Shown piece after piece: positions 18,020-26,988 of a DNA stretch of 64,000 nucleotides. Source of the stretch: Lachnospiraceae bacterium (GTDB lineage Bacteria > Bacillota > Clostridia > Lachnospirales > Lachnospiraceae). Made by a program: the position numbers and the translations under genes. The notes beneath the pieces were generated by a model. The model saw nothing but the letters and a program-made list of their open reading frames with translations. It was not told the origin of the DNA and did not search any database. The DNA lies in contig JAAWOU010000005.1 in NCBI GenBank assembly GCA_022799755.1, positions 6,878 to 70,877 on the forward strand, in the 5' to 3' direction. Numbering within the stretch: the first letter of the stretch is position 1; each line of letters starts with the position of its first letter.

Positions 18020-18649
18020 TTATCTCCTGGAATAGGTACAACCACAGTAGTCCTGCCGGTACAGGCCATATCGGGCTGACAATTCAATCGAACGTTTATA
18101 CCCGTCCTTTTTCTTGAAATCCGACGGCAGCCAGGCAATCCCGTATTCCTGGGACAAAGCCTGTCCGATTTCATTGATTTTCCGCGCGTTTTTCAACGGA
18201 CTGATGGTAAGCGTGGTGGCGAAGTAGTCAAAACAGCCCTCCCTCCCCCGCGCGGCAGTTTCCCGCAGGCGCAGTTCAAAGCATCCGAAGCACCGCTCTC
18301 CGCCCTCCGGACAATTCTCCAGCCCCTTTGCCATCTCAAAAAAGCGTTCCGGCTCATAGTCGCCCTCCGCCACGACAATCGGAAATCCGGATCCCGTTTC
18401 TCCCTCCTCATTATAAGCCGCAATCAGCCGTTTCTGCTCCGCAACCCGCTTTCGATACTCTTCCTCCAAGGAAATATTGGGATTAAAATAAAATACGGTT
18501 ATCCGAAAATATGTACGGAGATACTCCAGCACATAACTGCTGCAGGGTGCGCAGCAGCTATGCAAAAACAGAGAGGGCGGCTCTGCCATTCCCCGCTCCA
18601 ATGCATCTATTATTTTATCCAGCTCTCTCTGGTAATTTACCTGGTTCAT
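18020..18649 (-). CDS. queH: Epoxyqueuosine reductase QueH (DUF208)
   Basis: LHSCCAPCS, YFNPNI, PEGGERCFGC, TTLTISPLK, LYRQDYCGC. Start MNQVNY has a GGAGG RBS. Confidence 0.92.
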   Translation of the reverse strand: MNQVNYQRELDKIIDALERGMAEPPSLFLHSCCAPCSSYVLEYLRTYFRITVFYFNPNISLEEEYRKRVAEQKRLIAAYNEEGETGSGFPIVVAEGDYEPERFFEMAKGLENCPEGGERCFGCFELRLRETAARGREGCFDYFATTLTISPLKNARKINEIGQALSQEYGIAWLPSDFKKKDGYKRSIELSARYGLYRQDYCGCTYSRR

Positions 18650-18819
18650 TCCCCATACCTCCGTCCGGCTTCCCTTTCGGGAGCAGCACTGCCTCCCGGC
18701 TTCCCCTCTTGCCGCCTCTCTGCGGCCCGTATGACACTCAATGAAGCACGACAGGGCAAAGCCCACGCTTTGCCCCTTTCCTTTGAGCGCTTTCCAGCCT
18801 TGGAAAATCTTCACACCCA

Positions 18820-19440
18820 TCACGCTTCGTAGCGTTTCCCGGCCTTGCGCCAGTTGATCAGTTCAAACCATCCGTCCACATAATCCGCCCGTCTGTTCTG
18901 ATACTGAAGATAATAGGCATGCTCCCACACATCCACCAGCAGGATCGGCCTGTACTCCTCCAGATCCGGCACATCCTGATTGGAGGTCTGCACAATGGAC
19001 AGTTTCCCGTCCTGATCCGCCACCAGCCATGCCCAGCCGGAGCCGAACTTTCCCACCGCCGCCTGCTTCATCTTCTCTTTCCACTGCCTGTAGGAGCCGA
19101 AATCCCTCTCGATGGCCTCCGCCAGCGCTCCCTCCGGCTCCTGCCCAACAGGCTCCCGCAGGGAGTCAAAGTACATCTCATGGTTATAGACTCCGCCGCC
19201 GTTGTTGCGCACCGCAGTCTGAATGGCCGCGGGAAGCCCGCTGATATCGGACAGCAGCTGCGGGAGGCTCATCTTCTGCAGCTCCGGATAATCCGACAGC
19301 GCGCTGTTTAAATTGTCCACATAGGTCTTGTAATGCTTGTCATGGTGAAAGGTCAGCGTCTCCCCGTCCAATACGGGAACAAGGGCATCGTATTCATAGG
19401 GCAGGGGACGTACTACAAAGGGATAAGTCTCTTCTTTCAT
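18820..19440 (-). CDS. sodA: Superoxide dismutase, Fe/Mn family (probably Mn)
   Basis: HHDKH, NNGGGVYNH, FGSGWAWL, DVWEHAYY. Confidence 0.92.
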   Translation of the reverse strand: MKEETYPFVVRPLPYEYDALVPVLDGETLTFHHDKHYKTYVDNLNSALSDYPELQKMSLPQLLSDISGLPAAIQTAVRNNGGGVYNHEMYFDSLREPVGQEPEGALAEAIERDFGSYRQWKEKMKQAAVGKFGSGWAWLVADQDGKLSIVQTSNQDVPDLEEYRPILLVDVWEHAYYLQYQNRRADYVDGWFELINWRKAGKRYEA

Positions 19441-19572
19441 ATATTTACCTCACATTCTGCCGTCAGGGCTTTTGGTCACCGCTCGCAGACAACGCGGTGA
19501 CTTTTCTATTGGTAGTATATGTAAACTGCCGGCTTTTATTCATGTCCTTAGCCGCCTGTATCCACACTTCCC

Positions 19573-21183
19573 CTAAAAGGCATTTATCAGCCCCTCAATG
19601 CCCTTTTCCTCATATATCGCCTTGTAAAAAGCCACCTCAGCACCTATCAGCTCGTCGATCACCCGCATACCCAGCAGCTCCACCGGCGCTTTGTCATCCG
19701 TCAGAATATAATTCCCCGGCTGATATTTTGTCAATGCTCCCGCGGCCCTCTCCATCATAGCATACAGGCTCTCGTCCTCCAGAAGCGCTCTGCCCGTCTC
19801 CAGATTGGCAATCATATCCACGTTGTCCGAGGCAAACAGCTCCCGGTTGGTGGAGCCGGTGACCTCCACCGTATAGACCTCTCCGAACACGGCGGAAATG
19901 GTGTCGGACAGGCACTGGTTGATATTGCCCTGACCGCTTCCCCGCATACTCATGTTCACCACCATGACGCCGCCGGGAGCCAGGTGCTCTTTCACCAGCG
20001 TAAAAAACTCTACCGAAGACATCTGGAACGGAATCGTGATATCCTGATAAGCGTCTACCATGATCACATCATACTTTTCGTCCACAGCGTTCAAAAAGGC
20101 CCTGCCGTCATAGGTGGTCACAGGCACATCCTCCGGCAGAGAGAAATATTCCCTGGCCAGCGCCGTAATCTTATCGTCGATTTCCACGCCCGCTATGTCC
20201 ATATCGCCGTAGTACTTTCTGCACTGGGTGGCATAGGTGCCTGTGCCCATACCCAGGATCAGCACAGAACAGTCCCGGGGGCTCTTTCCCTCCACCATCA
20301 GAGGCGCCGCCATGGCATAGTCATAGTACATGCCCGTAAGCCCGCCCTCTTTCATATACAGGGACTGGACCCCGAAAAGCACATTGGTGGACAGAATGAC
20401 ACTCCTGTCGTTTTCTTTCACCTGCAGATAATTATAGACGGATTCTCCCTCATAGGTCAAACCGCTCTCCCAGAAAGCAAAGCTGTCCGAATATCCAAGA
20501 ATACAGCAGAGCAGGTAGCAAACCAGAGCGCCTGCCGCTTTCCCCTGCGCTTTCCCCGCACTGATAAAATAGGCAATGGCCAGCGCCAGCAATATCCCTG
20601 CGAAGATCAGGAAAGTCACGGAGGTGCCCACGGAGGGAATCGTCACAAAAGTAGGCACGAAAGTGCCGATGATGCTGCCGATGGTGTTGAAAGCCCCCAA
20701 GGTTCCCACCACTTTCCCGCTTTCCTCCAGATTGCCCACGGTGTATTTCGCCAGAGAGGGCGTCACCGTGCCCAGCAAAAACAGCGGAAACACAAAGATG
20801 ACCATGCAGGCCGCAAAGGCAGCCACAATGAGGAAATTGCTGCTCACGGAGAAAATCAGCAGCGCCGAAATCCCCAGTATGATATATTTTCCCACCACGG
20901 GTATGGCCGCTATCCACACGGCGGCTATGAGCATCCTGGTGTAGAGCCTGCCCGGGTCCGGATTCCGGTCCGCGCTGCGCCCTCCGTAGATATTTCCCAG
21001 AGCCATGGCGATCATGATGGTTCCGATGATGATGGTCCACACAATCTGGGAGGAGCTGAAATACGGCGCCAGCAGCCTGCTGGCGCCCAGTTCCACCGCC
21101 ATCACGGACATTCCCGCAAAAAATTCGGTCAGATACAGAAAAGTCTTATTCTTCAGTATGTTGGGCGCGTTGGTCACACTCAT
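19573..21183 (-). CDS. Fused membrane (MFS-like)/spermidine-synthase-like protein
   Basis: About 7 TM helices (ELGASRLLAPYFSSS..W) followed by a SAM-fold domain (LILGMGTG, VEID, DGRAFL, DVIMVDAY, TDDKAPVE). Confidence 0.85.
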   Translation of the reverse strand: MSVTNAPNILKNKTFLYLTEFFAGMSVMAVELGASRLLAPYFSSSQIVWTIIIGTIMIAMALGNIYGGRSADRNPDPGRLYTRMLIAAVWIAAIPVVGKYIILGISALLIFSVSSNFLIVAAFAACMVIFVFPLFLLGTVTPSLAKYTVGNLEESGKVVGTLGAFNTIGSIIGTFVPTFVTIPSVGTSVTFLIFAGILLALAIAYFISAGKAQGKAAGALVCYLLCCILGYSDSFAFWESGLTYEGESVYNYLQVKENDRSVILSTNVLFGVQSLYMKEGGLTGMYYDYAMAAPLMVEGKSPRDCSVLILGMGTGTYATQCRKYYGDMDIAGVEIDDKITALAREYFSLPEDVPVTTYDGRAFLNAVDEKYDVIMVDAYQDITIPFQMSSVEFFTLVKEHLAPGGVMVVNMSMRGSGQGNINQCLSDTISAVFGEVYTVEVTGSTNRELFASDNVDMIANLETGRALLEDESLYAMMERAAGALTKYQPGNYILTDDKAPVELLGMRVIDELIGAEVAFYKAIYEEKGIEGLINAF

Positions 21184-21266
21184 CCTCTATTCTCCCTTAT
21201 TTCTCATCCTGCCGGCAGCCTTTGGCGGCATAGTCGTCTTGCTTTCCGGGCTCCGCCTCAGCTCCC

Positions 21267-24200
21267 CTACAGCCTCGCCACATCCACCAGCGTCAGCTCC
21301 TGCCCGGCATTTTCCAGGCTGGTCAGCAGCGCCCTGGCGGTATCCAGCGAAGTCAGGCAGTTGACCCCGGTCTCTATGGCCGTGCGTCTAATCAGGAAAC
21401 CGTCCCTGGACTTGTCCCGCCCCTGGGTGGGCGTGTCGATGACCAGATCGATCCTGTGTCCCAGAATCAAATCCATCACCGTAGGGGATTCCTGAGAAAT
21501 CTTGTTCACTTTCCTGGCCTTTACCCCCGCCTCGTTCAGCGCCGCGGCCGTACTTCTGGTGGCATAGATGGTATAGCCCAGCCGGGCAAAGCGCCGCCCG
21601 ATCTCAATGGCCTCCCCCTTATCCGCATCCTTTACGGTAATGATCATATTCTTATGCTTCGGCAGATTCACCCCCGCCCCCAAAAACGCCTTGTAGAGCG
21701 CCTCGTGAAAGGTCTGCGCGATCCCCAGACACTCCCCCGTGGACTTCATCTCCGGCCCCAGGCTGATCTCTGCCCCGCGAATCTTCTCAAAGGAGAATAC
21801 GGGCATCTTGATGGCGTAGTACCGGGCCTCCGGCTGCAGCCCCGGCTCATAGCCCAGCTGTTTTATGGTCTTTCCCAGGATGACCTCCGTGGCCAGATCC
21901 ACGATGGGGATCCCCGTGACCTTGCTGATATAGGGCACTGTCCGGGAAGACCTGGGATTCACCTCAATGACATATACGTCCTCCCCTATGGCAATAAACT
22001 GGATATTGATAAGTCCCTTTACGTGGAGGGCTTTCGCAAGCCGCCTGGTGTATTCCGCAATTTTGTCCTTTACCAGTTTGCCGATGGTATGGGCCGGGTA
22101 TACGGAAATGCTGTCCCCGGAATGTACGCCTGTGCGCTCGATGTGTTCCATAATACCGGGAATCAGGATGTCCGTGCCGTCGCAGACCGCGTCCACCTCG
22201 ATTTCCTTGCCCTGGAGATATTTGTCCACCAGAATCGGATGGTCCTGGGCGATGCGGTTGATGATGGCCATGAATTCCTCAATTTCCTCGTCGGAAATGG
22301 CGATCTGCATGCCCTGTCCACCCAGCACATAGGAGGGCCGCACCAGCACAGGATAGCCCAGGCGGTTTGCCACGGCCTTGGCTTCCTCCGCGGTATACAC
22401 CGTTCCCCCGGCCGCCCTGGGTATTTCCGTCTCCTCCAAAATTTTGTCAAAGAGCTCCCTGTCCTCCGCCGCGTCCACATCCTCCGCCCTTGTGCCGAGG
22501 ATGGGCACTCCCATCCTCATCAGGCTCTCCGTGAGCTTGATGGCAGTCTGGCCGCCGAACTGCACCACCGCTCCGTCAGGCTTTTCAATATTCACGATGG
22601 ACTCCACGTCCTCCGGCGTGAGGGGCTCGAAATACAGCTTGTCCGCAATGTCAAAATCCGTGCTGACCGTCTCCGGATTGTTGTTGATGATAATGGTCTC
22701 GTAACCCGCCCGGGAGAATGCCCAGGTAGCGTGGACAGAGCAGTAATCGAACTCAATCCCCTGTCCGATACGGATGGGGCCGGAGCCCAGCACCAGGACT
22801 TTTTTCCGCCCGCCGGCAGAGCTCGCCTCACATTCCCCTCCGTAGACAGAGTAGTAGTAAGGTGTGGACGCCGCGAATTCCGCCGCGCAGGTGTCCACCA
22901 TTTTATAGACGGCGCGGATACCGCTTTCATGGCGCATGGCCTTGATCTGCTCCTCGTTTTTGTGTGTGAGCCTTGCGATGACGCTGTCCGGAAACTCCAT
23001 GCGCTTTGCTTCCTTTAGAAGTTCGGGCGTAAGCTCTCCTGTCCGCAGGGCCTCCTCCATCTCCACCAGAACGGCGATTTTGTCAATGAACCACACATCC
23101 ACCATGGTGACGGCATGGATCTCCTCGTAGCTGACGCCCTTGCGGAGTGCCTCGGCGATCATCCAGATCCGCCTGTCGTCCACCACTTTCAGCCTGTCTT
23201 TCAGCTCTTCCGCGGAAAGTCCGCTGAAATCATAGCTGAGCAGGCAGTCTACATGCTGCTCCAGAGAGCGGATGGCTTTCATCAAAGCTCCCTCAAAGCT
23301 GTCGCAGATGCTCATCACCTCCCCGGTGGCTTTCATCTGGGTGGTAAGCGTGCGTTTTGCCGTAATGAATTTGTCGAAAGGAAGTCTCGGTATCTTCACC
23401 ACGCAGTAGTCCAGCGCGGGCTCAAAGCTGGCGTAGGTCTTCTGTGTGATGGCGTTTTTGATTTCGTCCAGGGTATAGCCTAAGGCGATTTTGGCCGCCA
23501 CCTTGGCGATGGGATATCCGGTGGCCTTGGAAGCCAGCGCCGAGGAACGGCTCACCCGGGGATTCACCTCAATGACGCAGTACTCAAAGCTGGTGGGATG
23601 CAGGGCGAACTGCACATTGCATCCCCCGGTAATTTTAAGTTCGTCAATGATATTCAGCGCAGAGCTGCGCAGCATCTGATATTCCTTGTCGCTTAAAGTC
23701 TGGGAGGGTGCTACTACAATACTGTCTCCGGTATGCACGCCCACAGGGTCAATGTTCTCCATGTTGCAGACCGTGATGCAGTTGCCGGCGCTGTCCCGCA
23801 TAACCTCGTACTCGATCTCTTTCCAGCCCGCAATGCATCGCTCCACCAAAACCTGCCCCACCCTGGAAAGGCGCAGGCCGTTCTCCAGGATTTCCTCCAG
23901 CTGCAGCTGATTATAGGCGATGCCGCCGCCGGAGCCGCCCAGGGTATAGGCCGGGCGCAGCACAACGGGATAACCGATGGACTCGGTGAACGCCACGCCC
24001 TCCTCCACCGTCTCCACCACTTTCGATGCCGCGCAGGGTTCCCCGATGCGCTCCATCAGATCCTTGAACTCCTGACGCCCCTCGGCGTTTCGAATGGTGG
24101 CTGCCGTGGTCCCCAGCAGGGTCACGCCGTGAGACTTCAGAAACCCGGATTCCTCCAGCTCCATCCCCAGGTTTAAGCCCGCCTGGCCTCCCAGGGTGGG

Positions 24201-24461
24201 CAGAATGCTGTCCGGTTTTTCCTTTTCGATGATCTGCTCCAGCACCTGCACGGTGAGAGGTTCAATATAGACCTTGTCCGCAATGTCCCGGTCCGTCATA
24301 ATGGTAGCCGGGTTGGAATTCACCAAAATGACCTCCACGCCCTCTTCTTTCAGGGAGCGGCAGGCCTGGGTACCCGCATAGTCGAACTCCGCCGCCTGAC
24401 CGATGACAATGGGACCGGAGCCGATGACCATGACTCGTTTTACGTTTGGATTCTTAGGCAT
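21267..24461 (-). CDS. carB: Carbamoyl-phosphate synthase large subunit
   Basis: IGSGPIVIGQAAEFDYAG, two ATP-grasp halves and a C-terminal MGS domain. Confidence 0.98.
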   Translation of the reverse strand: MPKNPNVKRVMVIGSGPIVIGQAAEFDYAGTQACRSLKEEGVEVILVNSNPATIMTDRDIADKVYIEPLTVQVLEQIIEKEKPDSILPTLGGQAGLNLGMELEESGFLKSHGVTLLGTTAATIRNAEGRQEFKDLMERIGEPCAASKVVETVEEGVAFTESIGYPVVLRPAYTLGGSGGGIAYNQLQLEEILENGLRLSRVGQVLVERCIAGWKEIEYEVMRDSAGNCITVCNMENIDPVGVHTGDSIVVAPSQTLSDKEYQMLRSSALNIIDELKITGGCNVQFALHPTSFEYCVIEVNPRVSRSSALASKATGYPIAKVAAKIALGYTLDEIKNAITQKTYASFEPALDYCVVKIPRLPFDKFITAKRTLTTQMKATGEVMSICDSFEGALMKAIRSLEQHVDCLLSYDFSGLSAEELKDRLKVVDDRRIWMIAEALRKGVSYEEIHAVTMVDVWFIDKIAVLVEMEEALRTGELTPELLKEAKRMEFPDSVIARLTHKNEEQIKAMRHESGIRAVYKMVDTCAAEFAASTPYYYSVYGGECEASSAGGRKKVLVLGSGPIRIGQGIEFDYCSVHATWAFSRAGYETIIINNNPETVSTDFDIADKLYFEPLTPEDVESIVNIEKPDGAVVQFGGQTAIKLTESLMRMGVPILGTRAEDVDAAEDRELFDKILEETEIPRAAGGTVYTAEEAKAVANRLGYPVLVRPSYVLGGQGMQIAISDEEIEEFMAIINRIAQDHPILVDKYLQGKEIEVDAVCDGTDILIPGIMEHIERTGVHSGDSISVYPAHTIGKLVKDKIAEYTRRLAKALHVKGLINIQFIAIGEDVYVIEVNPRSSRTVPYISKVTGIPIVDLATEVILGKTIKQLGYEPGLQPEARYYAIKMPVFSFEKIRGAEISLGPEMKSTGECLGIAQTFHEALYKAFLGAGVNLPKHKNMIITVKDADKGEAIEIGRRFARLGYTIYATRSTAAALNEAGVKARKVNKISQESPTVMDLILGHRIDLVIDTPTQGRDKSRDGFLIRRTAIETGVNCLTSLDTARALLTSLENAGQELTLVDVARL

Positions 24462-25740
24462 GGGATTCGCCTCCTTTCCCGGCTTCGCTGGTTTCTACCA
24501 CAAAATGATCCTCTCTCGCTTCGCTCGTTCGTATCACAAAATGATTCTCTCTCGCTTCGCTCGTTCGAATCATTTGGATAAATCTGTCAAATAGGTATCC
24601 GGAGTCCTGAGGACCAGGGCAGGCCTCCGGGTGGTACTGCACTGTGAAAATATTCTTGCCCGTGTAGGAAAGCCCCTCGTTGGTACCGTCATTGACATTG
24701 ATAAATGCAGGCACCGCCACTTTGGGGTCCAGCTTGTCCATGTCCACCACATAGCCGTGGTTCTGGGAGGAAATATACACCCTGCCGGTGGCAAGGTCTT
24801 TCACGGGATGATTCCCGCCCCGATGGCCGTATTTCATCTTGTAGGTGTCCGCCCCGGTGGCAAGGGCCATCAGCTGATGCCCCAGACAGATGGCAAAGAT
24901 GGGAATGTCTGTATCGTAAAGTTTCCGGATCTCCCTGATGATGTCCGTGCATTCTTTCGGATCTCCCGGGCCGTTGCTGAGCATGATGCCGTCCGGACCC
25001 GCCGCTGTTATCTCCTCGGCGGTAGTCCATGCGGGGTATACCGTCACCTCACAGCCCCGTTCCGCCAGGGAACGGGCTATATTGTCCTTTGACCCGAGAT
25101 CCAGAAGCGCCACCTTAAGGCCTGCGCCGCTTAACGCCTTTACCAGCGTGGGCCGGGGCTCCCGAATCCCCTTTTTATAAGCCTCGCCGTCAAATCTGGC
25201 GGCACCCGACAGGGGGCCATTGTCCCCCAGGGCCACGGAGGGCTTCACCGTGTATTTCTCCCTGCAGGTTACCTTTTCCACCACTTTCCCGGTGGTGTAG
25301 GCCTTTAGCTTCGGCAGCACCTCCTCCAGTCTGTATTCCCGGTCGGTGGTGATCATGCCGTTCATGGTGCCCTTTTCCCGCAGCCTTTTTGTCAGCGCCC
25401 TGGTGTCTATTCCCGCTATGCCGGGCACGCCGTTCTCCTCCAGAAACTGCTGTATGCTCATGTCGCAGCGGAAATTGCTGGGGACCCGGGACAGCTCTTT
25501 TACAATGAAGCCGTCAGGCCAGGGCCTTAAGGATTCCATGTCGTCCCTGCAAATGCCGTAGTTGCCGATCAGGGGATAGGTCATGCACACGGCCTGTCCC
25601 GCATAAGACGGATCCGTCAGCACCTCCAGATACCCTGCCATGGATGTGTTGAACACGATCTCGCTGATGATCTCTCTCCTCGCACCGATATGCTTCCCCT
25701 CAAACACAGTTCCGTCTTCCAGTATCAAAAAAGCTTTCAT
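24454..25740 (-). CDS. carA: Carbamoyl-phosphate synthase small subunit
   Basis: LSNGPGDP, ICLGHQ, QYHPEACPGP. Confidence 0.97.
   Translation of the reverse strand: MKAFLILEDGTVFEGKHIGARREIISEIVFNTSMAGYLEVLTDPSYAGQAVCMTYPLIGNYGICRDDMESLRPWPDGFIVKELSRVPSNFRCDMSIQQFLEENGVPGIAGIDTRALTKRLREKGTMNGMITTDREYRLEEVLPKLKAYTTGKVVEKVTCREKYTVKPSVALGDNGPLSGAARFDGEAYKKGIREPRPTLVKALSGAGLKVALLDLGSKDNIARSLAERGCEVTVYPAWTTAEEITAAGPDGIMLSNGPGDPKECTDIIREIRKLYDTDIPIFAICLGHQLMALATGADTYKMKYGHRGGNHPVKDLATGRVYISSQNHGYVVDMDKLDPKVAVPAFINVNDGTNEGLSYTGKNIFTVQYHPEACPGPQDSGYLFDRFIQMIRTSEARENHFVIRTSEAREDHFVVETSEAGKGGESHA
24482..24570. repeat. 36-bp tandem repeat (2 full copies plus a partial one) in the carA 3' end
   Basis: CACAAAATGATYCTCTCTCGCTTCGCTCGTTCGWAT at 24499-24534 and 24535-24570. 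Confidence 0.9.
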
Positions 25741-25798
25741 ATGTCCCCCGTTTCCGCAAAATCTCTGTTATCTCTCATGCCTGTTCGGACATTTGTCT

Positions 25799-25908
25799 GT
25801 CACCCTTCACGGCTCGTTGCGAACTACAACTTCGTTTGTTACGGGTCACGCCAGCAGCGTGCAAAATGCGCACGAAAACACCTCCCAAAACTGCCCGTGA
25901 ACAGTAAC
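25799..25908 (+). repeat. 110-bp MITE-like element with imperfect terminal inverted repeats
   Basis: Left end GTCACCCTTCACGG and right end CCGTGAACAGTAAC are complementary at 11 of 14 positions. The internal CGAAAACACCT core is shared with the other copies. Confidence 0.55.
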
Positions 25909-25979
25909 ATTCGTTTCATTATAGCATATAAGAAATAGACGGGCAATACAGAGAATTTCCAAAAAATATGCTATATTCC

Positions 25980-26921
25980 TCAATTCAGCAGCTCCAGATA
26001 AAGTTCCATAGGCACATTTCCGTTCTCCGCGGTGGAAGCATTTGCCGCTGCCAGCGCCGCGGCTTTTTTTAGCGCTATGTCCGCTTCCTCCCCTGCCAGC
26101 TCGCTCATGCAGAGGGAGGCCACCACCGTGTCGCCGCAGCCTACCGTGTTCACGGTCCGGACCGGACATGCTTTCTGATACAGCTCCCGCTGCCTGTCCA
26201 TGTACAAAAGTCCCTCTGTCCCCAGCGACACCACCACCTTGCCCACGCCCTGCTCCAGCAGCTTCCGGGCCTCCGCCTTTATCTCCTCTATGCCGGACAG
26301 CTTCCGGCCCGCCAGATATTCCAGCTCCCTGCGGTTTGGCTTGACCATGTCCGGCTTTGCCCCAAGGCCCTGCCGCAGCAGCTCCCCCGACGCGTCCAGA
26401 CAGACCCTGCATCCCGCCTGCCGGCATTCCCTGATCAATTGGGCGTATATGTCTGTGGGCACGCCCTGGGGGATGCTGCCCGAGAGCACCGCCATCCCGC
26501 ACTGCTCCAGGCAGCCCGAAAACTGCTTTCGGAATGCCTCCAGCTCTTTCTGCGCTATCACCGGACCCGGCTCCAGAATCTCCGTCACACAGCCGCCCTC
26601 CGATAGCACGTTCACGCTGGTTCTGGTCTCTCCCTTTATCCTGGTAAAATAGCTCTCCACCCCCAGCTTCTCCATAGCGTCCTCTATGAGCCTGCCGCCG
26701 GAGCCCCCCAGGAATCCCACGGCTGCCACAGGCATGTGGAACTGCCGCAGAATCTTGGTCACATTGATTCCCTTTCCGCCCGCCACCCTGACGCTCTTGG
26801 TCAGGCGGTTCACCTCACCCGGTTTTAAGACATCTATCTCGCAGTTTCTGTCCACCGCCGGATTTAAAGTCACTGTCAGAAACATTTTTACACCCCCGCA
26901 CGCTTCGCGCTTTCCCTTCAC
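25980..26921 (-). CDS. 1-phosphofructokinase/LacC family hexose-phosphate kinase (PfkB)
   Basis: TVTLNPAVD, AGGKGINV, VKPNRREL, NTVGCGD. Confidence 0.9.
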   Translation of the reverse strand: MKGKREACGGVKMFLTVTLNPAVDRNCEIDVLKPGEVNRLTKSVRVAGGKGINVTKILRQFHMPVAAVGFLGGSGGRLIEDAMEKLGVESYFTRIKGETRTSVNVLSEGGCVTEILEPGPVIAQKELEAFRKQFSGCLEQCGMAVLSGSIPQGVPTDIYAQLIRECRQAGCRVCLDASGELLRQGLGAKPDMVKPNRRELEYLAGRKLSGIEEIKAEARKLLEQGVGKVVVSLGTEGLLYMDRQRELYQKACPVRTVNTVGCGDTVVASLCMSELAGEEADIALKKAAALAAANASTAENGNVPMELYLELLN

Positions 26922-26988
26922 CGTCCGGTAAAGCTTTTCGAAAAGTCCTTGCCATATCTTCCCCGGACCATGGCTGCTATGTCTGTCC

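Noticed and set aside
18650-18823. N-terminal extension of QueH in the ORF track
   Set aside because: It does not look like QueH, and a good RBS precedes MNQVNY at 18649.
19515-19545. Sporulation-sigma-like promoter (GAATA...CATATACTA, minus strand) upstream of sod
   Set aside because: The motif is too short and degenerate to call without TSS data.
24482-24570. 36-bp repeats as a mini CRISPR array
   Set aside because: The units are directly adjacent with no spacers, lie within a CDS, and no cas genes are present.
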